From an uncultured bacterium (GTDB lineage Bacteria; Desulfobacterota; GWC2-55-46; DRQE01), in assembly GCA_965371305.1 (NCBI GenBank), contig CBDUXY010000037.1, positions 1 to 18,160 of the forward strand: a stretch of DNA of 18,160 nucleotides, written 5' to 3'. Shown here piece after piece: positions 1 through 7,886 of this stretch. The notes below the pieces were generated by a model. That model was given only the letters and a program-made list of their open reading frames with translations, did not search any database and had not been told where the DNA came from. Both the position numbers and the translations under genes were made by a program. Position 1 is the stretch's first letter. The number at the start of each line of letters is the position of its first letter.

Positions 1-1
1 A

Positions 2-964
2 ATCCTTGCTATTGCCGCAACGGTTGAGGCCAGGAGCGAACACCCTGTAGCAAAGGCCATAGTAAGGGAGGCGAGGAAGTCCGGGCAAAAACAGATTAAC
101 GGACTTATCAATTTTACGGCAATGCCGGGTAAAGGGGTGATTGGCGAGTTTGACGAAATACCTGATTTTCTGGCAGCCGGTGGAGACAAACACGACAGAC
201 AGCGCAGGGTCGTAGAGATAAACAAGGACAATACAAAGTTCAGGGTCTATATCGGCAATGAAAAGATGATGACAGAGAACGGCGCTGTGATAAGCGAAGC
301 CCTGTACGAGGCTCGCCGGGTGAAAAATCTTGAGGGTAAAAGTTCCGTTTACGTCGCGCTTCAGAGCTGCAGTTCTCACGGACGAATCCTTGCTGCCGGA
401 ATTATCACCACAAGCGACCCGGTTAGAGTTGAGTCTGAGCAGCTCATAAGCGAGCTGCACGACATGGGGCTTAAGACAATCCTGCTCTCCGGCGACACGT
501 CGGGCACGGCAAATGCCGTCGGCACCAAGCTTCAAATCGGACGCGTCATCTCGGAAGTACTTCCAAAGGACAAGGAAGAGATCATCCGTGGACTTCAAAG
601 GGACGGCGAGCGCGTAATAATGGTCGGCGACGGAATAAACGACGGCCCCGCCCTTGCCGCCTCTGACGTAGGCATGGCCGTCGGGTCCGGCACGCAGCTT
701 GCCATAGAGTCGGCCGACATAGTGCTGCTCAACAGTAATGCGCTTATGGTTGCCAGGGCAATCAGGATTTCCAAACACGTTTTCGGCGGCATAAAACAGA
801 ACCTTGGAATCTCGGCCGCCTATAACGCCCTCTTAACCCCGCTTGCCGCAATGGGTTTTATCGTCCCTGTACTTGCGGCAATAGTGATGCCGCTTAGTTC
901 TTTAATAGTAATCGGTAATTCGATCAGGGCCGCAAGGGCGGGCCTTAAAGCAGGGAACGAATAA
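2..964 (+). CDS. Heavy-metal (Cu/Cd/Zn-type) translocating P1B-type ATPase, C-terminal ~320 aa. The 5' end lies upstream of the window. The CcoS-like ORF immediately downstream suggests a FixI/CcoI-type copper ATPase.
   Basis: The reading frame is open from nt 2, i.e. upstream of the ORF-track Met at 122. Frame-2 translation from nt 2 gives ILAIAATVEARSEHPVAKAIV (the SEHP(L/V)A motif) and later MVGDGINDGPALAASDVGMAVGSGTQLAIESADIVLL (the GDGxNDxPAL hinge motif of P-type ATPases). Stop TAA at 962-964. Confidence 0.85.
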   Translation: MLAIAATVEARSEHPVAKAIVREARKSGQKQINGLINFTAMPGKGVIGEFDEIPDFLAAGGDKHDRQRRVVEINKDNTKFRVYIGNEKMMTENGAVISEALYEARRVKNLEGKSSVYVALQSCSSHGRILAAGIITTSDPVRVESEQLISELHDMGLKTILLSGDTSGTANAVGTKLQIGRVISEVLPKDKEEIIRGLQRDGERVIMVGDGINDGPALAASDVGMAVGSGTQLAIESADIVLLNSNALMVARAIRISKHVFGGIKQNLGISAAYNALLTPLAAMGFIVPVLAAIVMPLSSLIVIGNSIRAARAGLKAGNE

Positions 965-1072
965 ACACTACCTTGCAGCAAGCTGCCGGGTATATAAAGA
1001 AATTATAACAGGAAAAACATCACAGCATATACCGGACATTTAAACGATAATCCGGGTAAAAGGAGAAGACAC

Positions 1073-1213
1073 ATGGAGATGCTCTATATAATGATTCCGG
1101 CCGCAATATTTCTTGGCATTATCGGCATTATCGCATTTGCCTGGTCCGTAAAGAACGGGCAGTGGGAGGACATGGAAGGTCCGAAGCACAGGATCTTTTT
1201 TGAAGACGATTAA
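1073..1213 (+). CDS. ccoS: cbb3-type cytochrome oxidase maturation protein CcoS/FixS-like small membrane protein (46 aa)
   Basis: AGGAGA RBS at 1061-1066, 6 nt before the ATG. Product MEMLYIMIPAAIFLGIIGIIAFAWSVKNGQWEDMEGPKHRIFFEDD has one TM helix followed by W-x-x-K-x-GQ(F/W)(D/E)D-x-(D/E)GP-x-x-RIL/F-x-DD, which matches the CcoS/FixS family as remembered. It is not in the ORF track because it is below the length cutoff. It follows a P1B-ATPase, as in fixGHIS/ccoGHIS. Confidence 0.7.
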   Translation: MEMLYIMIPAAIFLGIIGIIAFAWSVKNGQWEDMEGPKHRIFFEDD

Positions 1214-1267
1214 GATTTGGTTTTGCCAGAAATAAGCGAGTTAATAAATTAAAAAGAGAGGTTTAAA

Positions 1268-1957
1268 ATGACGGATCTTGCGGCGGTTTTTTTGATAGGA
1301 CTTCTTGGCGTTATACATTGCGTGAGCATGTGCGGCGCACTTATGGCGGCCTGCTCCATGCGCCTTGGCGGAGGCACCGGGTTTGCCCTTACCTACAACC
1401 TGGGACGCGTCCTTACCTATTCAATACTGGGAGTTTTGATGGGTTTAATGGGTAAGGCCCTTATGCAAGCGGGTATGCTTTCCGGTTTTCGCTCGACGCT
1501 GCCTGTAATTGCAGGCGTGGTCATGGTGTTGATCGGTATTGACCTGCTCGGTCTCATGCCAAAGGCTGTAAAACGTTTTACAGGCAGGCTCGTGCCTGGC
1601 AGGTTTTTTGAACGTTTCGCAAAGGTCGGAAAAAAGAACAAAAAAACCGCCGCCTTTATGATGGGTATGGTAAACGGTCTTATCCCCTGCGCCATGGTCT
1701 ATGCTGTCGGGGCGAAAGCCGCGGCAACGGCTGAGCCTGTATCAGGCATGCTTATAATGGCAGCGCTCGGGGCCGGAACTTTCCTGCCGCTTGTGTTTGC
1801 TACAAGCCTTGCAGGAAGTCTGAGAAAATTTAACTCGCGCACATTTACAAGCGTTACCGCCCTTATCATCATAGCCCTTGGGGTAAAAACAATATACGTA
1901 ACAGCCTTTGTCACGACAATTGAGACTGGCGTACATCACATGCATATGGGCATGTAA
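1268..1957 (+). CDS. Polytopic membrane protein (about 6 TM) with an N-terminal HCxxMCG motif. Resembles the DsbD_2/'TauE-SafE-like' proteins often annotated next to ccoS. Possible metal or thiol handling role.
   Basis: AGAGAGG RBS 6 nt upstream of the ATG. Sequence is hydrophobic throughout. GVIHCVSMCGALMAAC lies in TM1 and a second Cys pair, GLIPCAMVY, lies mid-protein. The family assignment is from memory only. Confidence 0.6.
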   Translation: MTDLAAVFLIGLLGVIHCVSMCGALMAACSMRLGGGTGFALTYNLGRVLTYSILGVLMGLMGKALMQAGMLSGFRSTLPVIAGVVMVLIGIDLLGLMPKAVKRFTGRLVPGRFFERFAKVGKKNKKTAAFMMGMVNGLIPCAMVYAVGAKAAATAEPVSGMLIMAALGAGTFLPLVFATSLAGSLRKFNSRTFTSVTALIIIALGVKTIYVTAFVTTIETGVHHMHMGM

Positions 1958-1972
1958 ACTTGCAATAATTAG

Positions 1973-1994
1973 CCCCCTCCCTCCCCCCCTCCCC
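1973..1994. repeat. Polypyrimidine/poly-C tract CCCCCTCCCTCCCCCCCTCCCC, with a C7 run. On the minus strand it is G-rich with four or more G3+ tracts, giving G-quadruplex potential.
   Basis: Read directly. Sits 16 nt after the stop of the 1268..1957 CDS. Confidence 0.6.
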
Positions 1995-2125
1995 ATCATG
2001 TCCAAGCCCTTGAAAGTTTTGCCACGTGGTGTGTCCCATGTCATTAATGTTGTTCTACATTGCATGGAACAACAGGTGTGATATAGAATTACCAGGGAAT
2101 TCCAGGGAGTTCCGAATTATCGCGC

Positions 2126-2154
2126 TTGACATAGTTCAAATCGTGGTTTATTGT
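2126..2154 (+). promoter_or_regulatory. Candidate sigma70-type promoter, TTGACA-17 nt-TATTGT, upstream of the 2242 CDS
   Basis: Perfect -35 hexamer TTGACA at 2126-2131, then a 17-nt spacer and TATTGT at 2149-2154 (4/6 match to TATAAT). About 85 nt upstream of the ATG. Confidence 0.3.
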
Positions 2155-2241
2155 AAATGAAACATAAAGATTAACCTTTAACTTCCGTTCTACCACACTA
2201 TCTCTATTAACCACCTAACAAGCTTTATTCAAGGAGGGTTT

Positions 2242-3567
2242 ATGAGAAAATCCGTTGCCTTTTTTACCTCTCTTGTATTCACGTTTCTTATATTCACATT
2301 CGCAGTTCCACCCATGGAGGCTCACGCAGTACCGGCCTTTGCCAGACAAACAGGCTTTTCATGCAACACCTGCCACTTCCAGCATTTCCCATCTCTAAAC
2401 CAGTTCGGGCGCGAATTCAAGGCCGGAGGCTATACGATGGTCGGCGGCCAGAGCCTGGTCGAGGGGGATTTCCTGAGCCTTCCGTCAGTCTTAAACGCAA
2501 CGCTCGTTGTTAAACTGCGCTACCAGAAAACTAACGGCCCGGTAGAGATAGACGACGCAAGAAACAGGGGCAAGCTTGAGTTTCCCAACGAAGGTGCGCT
2601 TATTTTAGGCGGACGCGCTGGCGAACATGTCGGCTTTCTCCTTGAAGCGCAACTCGTAGACGGCGAGGGTTCGAACTTCGCCTCGTTTAAGATGCCGGTC
2701 GTTTACGACATTAAAGGCACTAAAGTTAGCTTGATACCATTTACAACCGACGCCGCCGGTGCGGCCTACGGTTTTGAACTGTTAAATACCGGGGCCATGC
2801 GACTGCAAAGACCTCTTGAACACCGCAGCGACATATCGGCACAGCAGTACATAGGCACGGCCACGGAAGCAACCGGTGGCTCACTCGTACTTCACAACAA
2901 CCGAGGATACTTGAGTTACACGGCCTGGTCGCCAGAGCACCAGGTGACCGACGCAAGCCCGTACCTCCACTACTTAAGAGCAGTCCTTACGCACAACGCA
3001 GGCGGCTTCGATCTGGCAGTCGGAGGTCAGATCTGGGACGGCGAGACAAGGTTTACGGAAGACAGCACTACAACGAGTGTCTGTGTGAACGACGTAACGC
3101 CTATTGCACCATGCGACGGCGCGGGCCCCATTGCAATGGGAGACATAGTCGAGACGACGGTAACGGCCCTTACTAAAGTTGCTGCTGAAGCATGGGCCGT
3201 TGACGCTCAGGCCCAGGGGAAAGTTGCAGGCCTGCCGCTTGGGGTATACCTCTCTTATGCCGAGGCCGCCCGCTCGGACATGGGCGCAATGAACCTGTTT
3301 AACTCAAGCACGGTTAACAAGAAAAAAGCCTTCGCCGCCATTGCCGAACTCGGGGTTAGACCAGAGAAGCTGACCGTGTCCGTTGGACATCGGGACGGGG
3401 AGACAGGCGCTGCCACAATGAACAACGAAGATTCAACTACGGTTGCCGCATCTTACCTGCTTACCCAGAACGTCCGGCTCCAGGCCGCGCATACCTGGTA
3501 TGATAACGACGTGGACCCGGAATGGGGAGACAAACTTGCAACCCTTATGGTGTTCGCGGCGTTTTAG
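2242..3567 (+). CDS. Secreted protein, probably an outer-membrane beta-barrel, with a CxxCH haem-c-type motif just after the signal peptide. Candidate cytochrome-porin-like protein.
   Basis: AGGAGGG RBS 5 nt upstream. Signal peptide MRKSVAFFTSLVFTFLIFTFAVPPMEAHA. CNTCH at residues about 41-45. C-terminus ...LATLMVFAAF has a terminal Phe and hydrophobic residues at -3/-5/-7/-9, the classical OMP beta-signal. Amphipathic alternating stretches occur throughout. Confidence 0.7.
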   Translation: MRKSVAFFTSLVFTFLIFTFAVPPMEAHAVPAFARQTGFSCNTCHFQHFPSLNQFGREFKAGGYTMVGGQSLVEGDFLSLPSVLNATLVVKLRYQKTNGPVEIDDARNRGKLEFPNEGALILGGRAGEHVGFLLEAQLVDGEGSNFASFKMPVVYDIKGTKVSLIPFTTDAAGAAYGFELLNTGAMRLQRPLEHRSDISAQQYIGTATEATGGSLVLHNNRGYLSYTAWSPEHQVTDASPYLHYLRAVLTHNAGGFDLAVGGQIWDGETRFTEDSTTTSVCVNDVTPIAPCDGAGPIAMGDIVETTVTALTKVAAEAWAVDAQAQGKVAGLPLGVYLSYAEAARSDMGAMNLFNSSTVNKKKAFAAIAELGVRPEKLTVSVGHRDGETGAATMNNEDSTTVAASYLLTQNVRLQAAHTWYDNDVDPEWGDKLATLMVFAAF

Positions 3568-3591
3568 TCCTTATACGCATCGCAACGCTCA

Positions 3592-3623
3592 GCCCTGCGC
3601 CCTGCCTTGAAAGGGCGCAGGGC
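3592..3623 (+). terminator. Perfect 12-bp GC-rich hairpin (GCCCTGCGCCCT / AGGGCGCAGGGC, 8-nt loop) downstream of the 2242..3567 CDS. There is no U-tract, so this may be a stability element rather than an intrinsic terminator.
   Basis: The inverted repeat was read directly. It starts 25 nt after the stop codon. Confidence 0.35.
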
Positions 3624-3723
3624 CTGATGGATACGCAAAGCGCAGGCCGCAAATTTATTGACAGTGAATAGACTTTTCTTATAAAAACCTTCATCACGTC
3701 TCAAAGCAGGGTAAAGTCAAACT

Positions 3724-4659
3724 ATGGATAAAACAAAACAACTCCTGACGTCTTCTTTAACCTGTATCCCTTTTTTATCTGTTTTTTTATTTATCATTGT
3801 TGGCTGCACAGGGCCGCTTAAAGTTACATACATCCCCACAACCGCTCCGGTAAAACAATCTGCAACGTCTCCGACAATTTACGTCGAGCCGTATAAAGAT
3901 ACAAGAGAGAGCAATGACAAAGCCGCGCGCCGAATAGGCGAGGTAAACACCACGGTCAGCGACTTAACCGGCCCTACCCTGGTGCTTGACCGCGACGTCG
4001 GGGGCCTTGTTACCGAGGCCTTCAGCGCGGAACTTAAAGCCTCTGGTTTTAAAATTATATCTAACGAAAGCGAGAAACTCACGGCCGACTACGTCCTCGG
4101 CGGCGAGGTGCGCGAGTTTCGATTAGACCTTGACGCGAGAGATGAGATCGCCATAATACTCTATTCACGCTTGCTTAAAACAAAGACAGGGGCCACCATA
4201 TGGAGCGGCGAGCAGAAAGAAACAGGGGAGCGCTTCTCAGGTGTTATGGGTAACTCAAGAAAAACGCTTAACGACTATATAGTAAAGACACTTTCAAGAG
4301 CAGTTGTAAAACACGTCACGGGCCTGAGCAGACGCATTGGCATGAACACCACAGGCGGCGTACACGCAAGCACCGGCACCCGGCAAATCAGCACAAAGTC
4401 AATACCGGCCGCCCCTGCACCATCCGAGGCCAATCGAGCAATAACCTTCACAGGAAAGATAAAAATAACCACTGTGCCCATGCGCGCCAAGGTCTATATC
4501 ACGGACGTCTACTACGGGCTCAGCCCGATCTCAATAGACTTAAAGCCCGGCGTCTACCAGTTCAACTTTAAGCTAAGGGGTCGTAAGGACGCAACCGAGA
4601 CCGTTGCCATAAGAAAGGACTACACAATGGAACTTGAAGTGGTGATGGAGAATAACTAA
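3724..4659 (+). CDS. Lipoprotein with a C-terminal PEGA domain
   Basis: Signal peptide plus lipobox (...FLFIIVG-C-TGP). The C-terminal ~70 aa, PMRAKVYITDVYYGLSPISIDLKPGVYQFNFKLRGRKDATETVAI, fits the PEGA-domain pattern. The middle region looks like a small alpha/beta lipoprotein domain of unknown identity. Confidence 0.65.
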   Translation: MDKTKQLLTSSLTCIPFLSVFLFIIVGCTGPLKVTYIPTTAPVKQSATSPTIYVEPYKDTRESNDKAARRIGEVNTTVSDLTGPTLVLDRDVGGLVTEAFSAELKASGFKIISNESEKLTADYVLGGEVREFRLDLDARDEIAIILYSRLLKTKTGATIWSGEQKETGERFSGVMGNSRKTLNDYIVKTLSRAVVKHVTGLSRRIGMNTTGGVHASTGTRQISTKSIPAAPAPSEANRAITFTGKIKITTVPMRAKVYITDVYYGLSPISIDLKPGVYQFNFKLRGRKDATETVAIRKDYTMELEVVMENN

Positions 4660-4701
4660 AAGTAAAAAAATACAAACAGCTCTTATACTAAATTAAAAAA
4701 A

Positions 4702-4731
4702 GGGCGGAGGTGATATTACCTCCGCCCTTTT
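4702..4731. terminator. Bidirectional intrinsic terminator shared by the convergent 3724..4659(+) and 4756..6360(-) genes
   Basis: AAAAAAA-GGGCGGAGG-tgatatta-CCTCCGCCC-TTTT. Perfect 9-bp GC stem, A-run on one side and T-run on the other. Confidence 0.85.
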
Positions 4732-4755
4732 AGGTATATTGTTATTACTCCTTTC

Positions 4756-6360
4756 TTATTGCGCAGGCCGCCCGGTCGGCGCAGGAGAAGGCTGATTTTC
4801 TTCAGGCACCTGAACTATCTTTGCCTCCGGTATATCGGGTTTGCCTGATTTACCTGATGCGGTGGATTTATTTGGCCCTGGCGCTGTACCACCCATACCC
4901 TTTTGAAACTGGCTTAAGATGTTAACGCCTGTTGCGTTCTCAATCTGCTCGGTCAGGGAAATTAGTGTTGCCGGGAGCTGATTCACGTAGCGTGAAATTC
5001 CCGAGCCGCTTCCGTTGCCATTTCCTGAACCTGTGTCGATTATGCTGACCCTGTCGATATTCACCTTCTGCACTGTGTCGGAGATCTCTTTTAATATCTG
5101 AGGCAGCATGTTAAGCATAAATATCTTCTCGCCTTCACCGTTAGCGCTCTGATAGGTGGCTACCATCTCCCTCATAACGTTAAGCTGCGCGTAACCTTCC
5201 TCAAGTATAGGCGCTGCGTCACCTTTTGCCTTAAGCTCCATTGCCATTTTCTCTGCCTTGGCAGGCTCAATAACATCGGCTGTAAGACGTTTTTGCTGAA
5301 GCAGAATTCGCTCGGCCTCCATATCCTGCTCAAACCTTGCCTGGGCCTGTTCACCTGCGACAAGGGCTTCTTTCTCCCTTATAATGGCTTCTTTTTCAAG
5401 CTCGGCCTTTTTAAGCCTCAGGTTGTTGTTCTCTATTTCGATCTCCTGCTCCGCTATGGCGCGCGCTGTCTGCACCTTTCTGTTGGCCTCAATCTGCGCG
5501 TCACGAATGGCCTGGTCGGCGTTTGCCTTGGCAACGTCGGCGCGCTCGCGGCTTCTTGCCTCGGCCTCCTTGGCCGCAGCCTCCTGCTCTGCTTCGGCCA
5601 TGCGCACGCCTGCATCGGCTATTGCCTGGGCAGCCTTGATTGCCTTATCACTCTCGGCCTTTGCAATTTCAGCCTTTTGCGTGGCAACTGCCTCGGCCGC
5701 TTCAGCCTCGGCCTTTTTCTCGGCCTCTGCTTTTCTGGCAGCAGACAGGACCTCGGCCGTCTTGCGCCGCCCAATGGAGTCAAGGTAGCCTGCCTCATCC
5801 GCTACGTTTTGTACCTTAAGCGTATCAAGCTGAAGACCTAACTGACTAAGGTCGTTATCCGCCTCTTCCATAAGGGCCTGGGCAAATTTAAGCCTGTCTT
5901 CGTTAACCTCTTCCGGCGTAAGAGTTGCGAGCACGCCCCTCAGGTTTCCTTCAAGCGTATCCTTGGCAATCTTATATATCTCGTCAACATCTTTATCAAG
6001 CAGCCTTTCAACCGCATTGCCGAAAATCGGCTCCATCGAGTTTATTTTTATGTTGGCTATGGCATCAACGTGAAGCGGAATACCACCTTTTGAATAAGCG
6101 TTTGTAATGGTAAGCTCCAGAGGTATTGCCTCAAGCGACATCCTGGCTGCCTTTTCCAGAATCGGTATCCTAAGGGCGCGTCCACCCCTTATTATGCGGT
6201 ATCCAACAATTGTACCGTCTTTCAGTTTTCTGGATCGCCCGGAGAGTATAATAACTTCGTTCGGGTGGCAGATGAGTAAAAAGCGGCTTACAAAAAGCGC
6301 AATAACTATGACGCCTACAAGCGCTATGATGCCGGCAACTATGATTAATTCTACTAACAT
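4756..6360 (-). CDS. Flotillin-like SPFH/band-7 protein (YqiK/FloT type): N-terminal TM, SPFH domain, long Ala/Glu-rich coiled coil, Gly/Pro-rich tail
   Basis: GGAAGGAGG RBS. N-terminal TM helix. The SPFH region (...EVIILSGRSRKL...IPLELTITNAYSKGGIPLHVDAIANIKI...) is followed by about 200 aa of EA/AEAE-rich coiled coil typical of flotillins. 534 aa, last gene before the bidirectional terminator. Confidence 0.85.
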   Translation of the reverse strand: MLVELIIVAGIIALVGVIVIALFVSRFLLICHPNEVIILSGRSRKLKDGTIVGYRIIRGGRALRIPILEKAARMSLEAIPLELTITNAYSKGGIPLHVDAIANIKINSMEPIFGNAVERLLDKDVDEIYKIAKDTLEGNLRGVLATLTPEEVNEDRLKFAQALMEEADNDLSQLGLQLDTLKVQNVADEAGYLDSIGRRKTAEVLSAARKAEAEKKAEAEAAEAVATQKAEIAKAESDKAIKAAQAIADAGVRMAEAEQEAAAKEAEARSRERADVAKANADQAIRDAQIEANRKVQTARAIAEQEIEIENNNLRLKKAELEKEAIIREKEALVAGEQAQARFEQDMEAERILLQQKRLTADVIEPAKAEKMAMELKAKGDAAPILEEGYAQLNVMREMVATYQSANGEGEKIFMLNMLPQILKEISDTVQKVNIDRVSIIDTGSGNGNGSGSGISRYVNQLPATLISLTEQIENATGVNILSQFQKGMGGTAPGPNKSTASGKSGKPDIPEAKIVQVPEENQPSPAPTGRPAQ

Positions 6361-6453
6361 TTGTGGCCTCCTTCCTGTTGTAGGTTTAACTATATAAATT
6401 AAAGACTCGAAAGTAGCAAGTCTTGCCTGTCTATTGACGGATTAATTGGCCTA

Positions 6454-7092
6454 CTAAGTGCTTAAAAAGTTTTCTTCGGCAATGTGCGCAATTCTACCAT
6501 CTATGCTGACTATAATCACAGCCTCGCCGTTCTTAAAGCTTCTCCTGTCTGATTCCACCGCAATCACAGCCGTAAGTTGCACAAGCCCGTCTTTTGCATT
6601 GAAGGTTACCTTGCCCTTGTTTTTAGAGCTAACAGGCATTATGACAGAGGCCCTCAGTCCTGCGTAGTCGCTTAACCTTGTCTCGTCCATGGTCTCTGTC
6701 TTTTTTACGTATACCATGACCGTGTGCATCAAAATGGACAGGAACAGGCCCATTACGATTGCTGACGGAAGGGATGTGAATATGCCGTGACCGAGCAGAT
6801 TAAGTACGGCTCCGGTCAGGCCGAAAAAACAGGTAAAGAATATAAGGCTTCGGAAGTTAAAGAATTGTGTTATCGCGCTTACGCCCTCGCCCATGCCGGA
6901 GAAGTCGGAGTCCGCGTCTAAATCCATGTCCCCGCCCATGTCCATACCGGCGTCCATGTCCATGTCTATACCCGCGTCAGCGTCAAACGATACTTCCGTT
7001 GCCGACGCGTCTCCTTCCATCCCGGAAAAGATGGACATGGCAATAAGCACGCCTCCGAATACAAGACAAACTATGTATAGCGCAAGCAACAC
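6454..7092 (-). CDS. NfeD-like membrane protein (YqiJ/YuaF type), the canonical flotillin partner
   Basis: TM helix, then an Asp/Met-rich low-complexity segment, two more TM helices and a C-terminal soluble beta-rich domain (...VIMPVSSKNKGKVTFNAKDGLVQLTAVIAVESDRRSFKNGEAVIIVSIDGRIAHI...) resembling the NfeD OB-fold. Start is 2 nt after the pspA stop, with a GGGAGTG RBS inside the pspA 3' end. Confidence 0.8.
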   Translation of the reverse strand: MLLALYIVCLVFGGVLIAMSIFSGMEGDASATEVSFDADAGIDMDMDAGMDMGGDMDLDADSDFSGMGEGVSAITQFFNFRSLIFFTCFFGLTGAVLNLLGHGIFTSLPSAIVMGLFLSILMHTVMVYVKKTETMDETRLSDYAGLRASVIMPVSSKNKGKVTFNAKDGLVQLTAVIAVESDRRSFKNGEAVIIVSIDGRIAHIAEENFLST

Positions 7093-7094
7093 TG

Positions 7095-7787
7095 TTAATC
7101 ACTCCCTTGTTCACTCTTTAACCTTGCAAGTTCCTCGTCAATGGCCATGTCCTCGTCAAGCTTCTGAAAGTCAAGTTCGGTCTTTATGTCTTCCTGCATG
7201 AGTTCTTTCATGGCTTCGGCCTCGCTCTCCATCTTTAGTATGGCCTCTTCGTACTGGGCAATTGCCTTGCCCGAACTCGCAAGGGTGGTTACGTCGCGAC
7301 TGAGTTCTGCCGAGCGCTGCACGACTTCCTGCGAACGAATCTCGGCCTCTGCCGCCTGTTTACGGCTTATCAGCTCATCGCGTTTTTTCCTTGCCGTTTG
7401 CATCTGTTCCTTAATGCGGCTCATATCCGAGCGCAGGCGGTCCGCGGCTTCCCTGGCGCTGCCATGTTCTTTCTCTAACCTCTCAAGCGTTTCAGTCGTA
7501 AGCAGCTTTTTCGATACAATCGCGCGCGCAAGCTCCTCGTTGCCTGTCTTGAGCGCTGACCTTGCCTTATCCTCGAGCTCAGAGGCAAGCTCCGTTGCCG
7601 TTGCAATTTGCTTCTCCAGCTGCTTTTCCCTTGCAACCGCCCTTACCGCTTCACGGCGAAGCTCTATGACCGCCTCCTCCATGTCGCGTATAATCTGCTT
7701 TACCATCACTGCCGGATCTTCAGCGCTGTCGAGCAGACTGTTTATATTGGCCGTTATCAACCTTGATATCCTTTTAATGAGCGCCAT
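7095..7787 (-). CDS. pspA: PspA/IM30 (Vipp1/LiaH) family protein
   Basis: N-terminus MALIKRISRLITANINSLLDSAEDPAVMVKQIIRDMEEAV closely matches the PspA signature (..F.R....V.AN.NALLDKAEDPEKM..Q.IR(E/D)ME...). The 230-aa protein is entirely coiled-coil. Perfect AAGGAGG RBS 6 nt upstream. Confidence 0.85.
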   Translation of the reverse strand: MALIKRISRLITANINSLLDSAEDPAVMVKQIIRDMEEAVIELRREAVRAVAREKQLEKQIATATELASELEDKARSALKTGNEELARAIVSKKLLTTETLERLEKEHGSAREAADRLRSDMSRIKEQMQTARKKRDELISRKQAAEAEIRSQEVVQRSAELSRDVTTLASSGKAIAQYEEAILKMESEAEAMKELMQEDIKTELDFQKLDEDMAIDEELARLKSEQGSD

Positions 7788-7856
7788 TTTAAGCCTCCTT
7801 TATTAAATTAATTAATTGTAAAAAAACTCTCTCATATAACTTTTCAAAATCACACC

Positions 7857-7886
7857 ATCATAGTACAAATTACCTAAAAATTACAA
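7857..7886 (-). promoter_or_regulatory. Candidate sigma70 promoter for the pspA-nfeD-flotillin operon. On the minus strand: TTGTAA-18 nt-TATGAT.
   Basis: The minus-strand -35 corresponds to plus 7881-7886 and the -10 to 7857-7862, about 70 nt upstream of the pspA ATG. No sigma54 -24/-12 element was found by eye. Confidence 0.25.

Noticed and set aside
973-998. TTGCAG...TATATAAAG as a promoter for ccoS
   Set aside because: The spacer between the -35-like and -10-like hexamers is only 12-14 nt. ccoS is more likely co-transcribed with the upstream ATPase.
5293-5841. Long plus-strand ORFs (5293..5841, 5384..5788) inside the flotillin gene
   Set aside because: These are antisense shadow ORFs produced by the GC-rich Ala/Glu-coding coiled-coil region (GCN/GAR codons). 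The flotillin frame is clearly the real one.
7186-7806. 206-aa plus-strand ORF opposite pspA
   Set aside because: Antisense shadow of the coiled-coil pspA gene, giving a Ser/Ala/Leu-rich junk translation.
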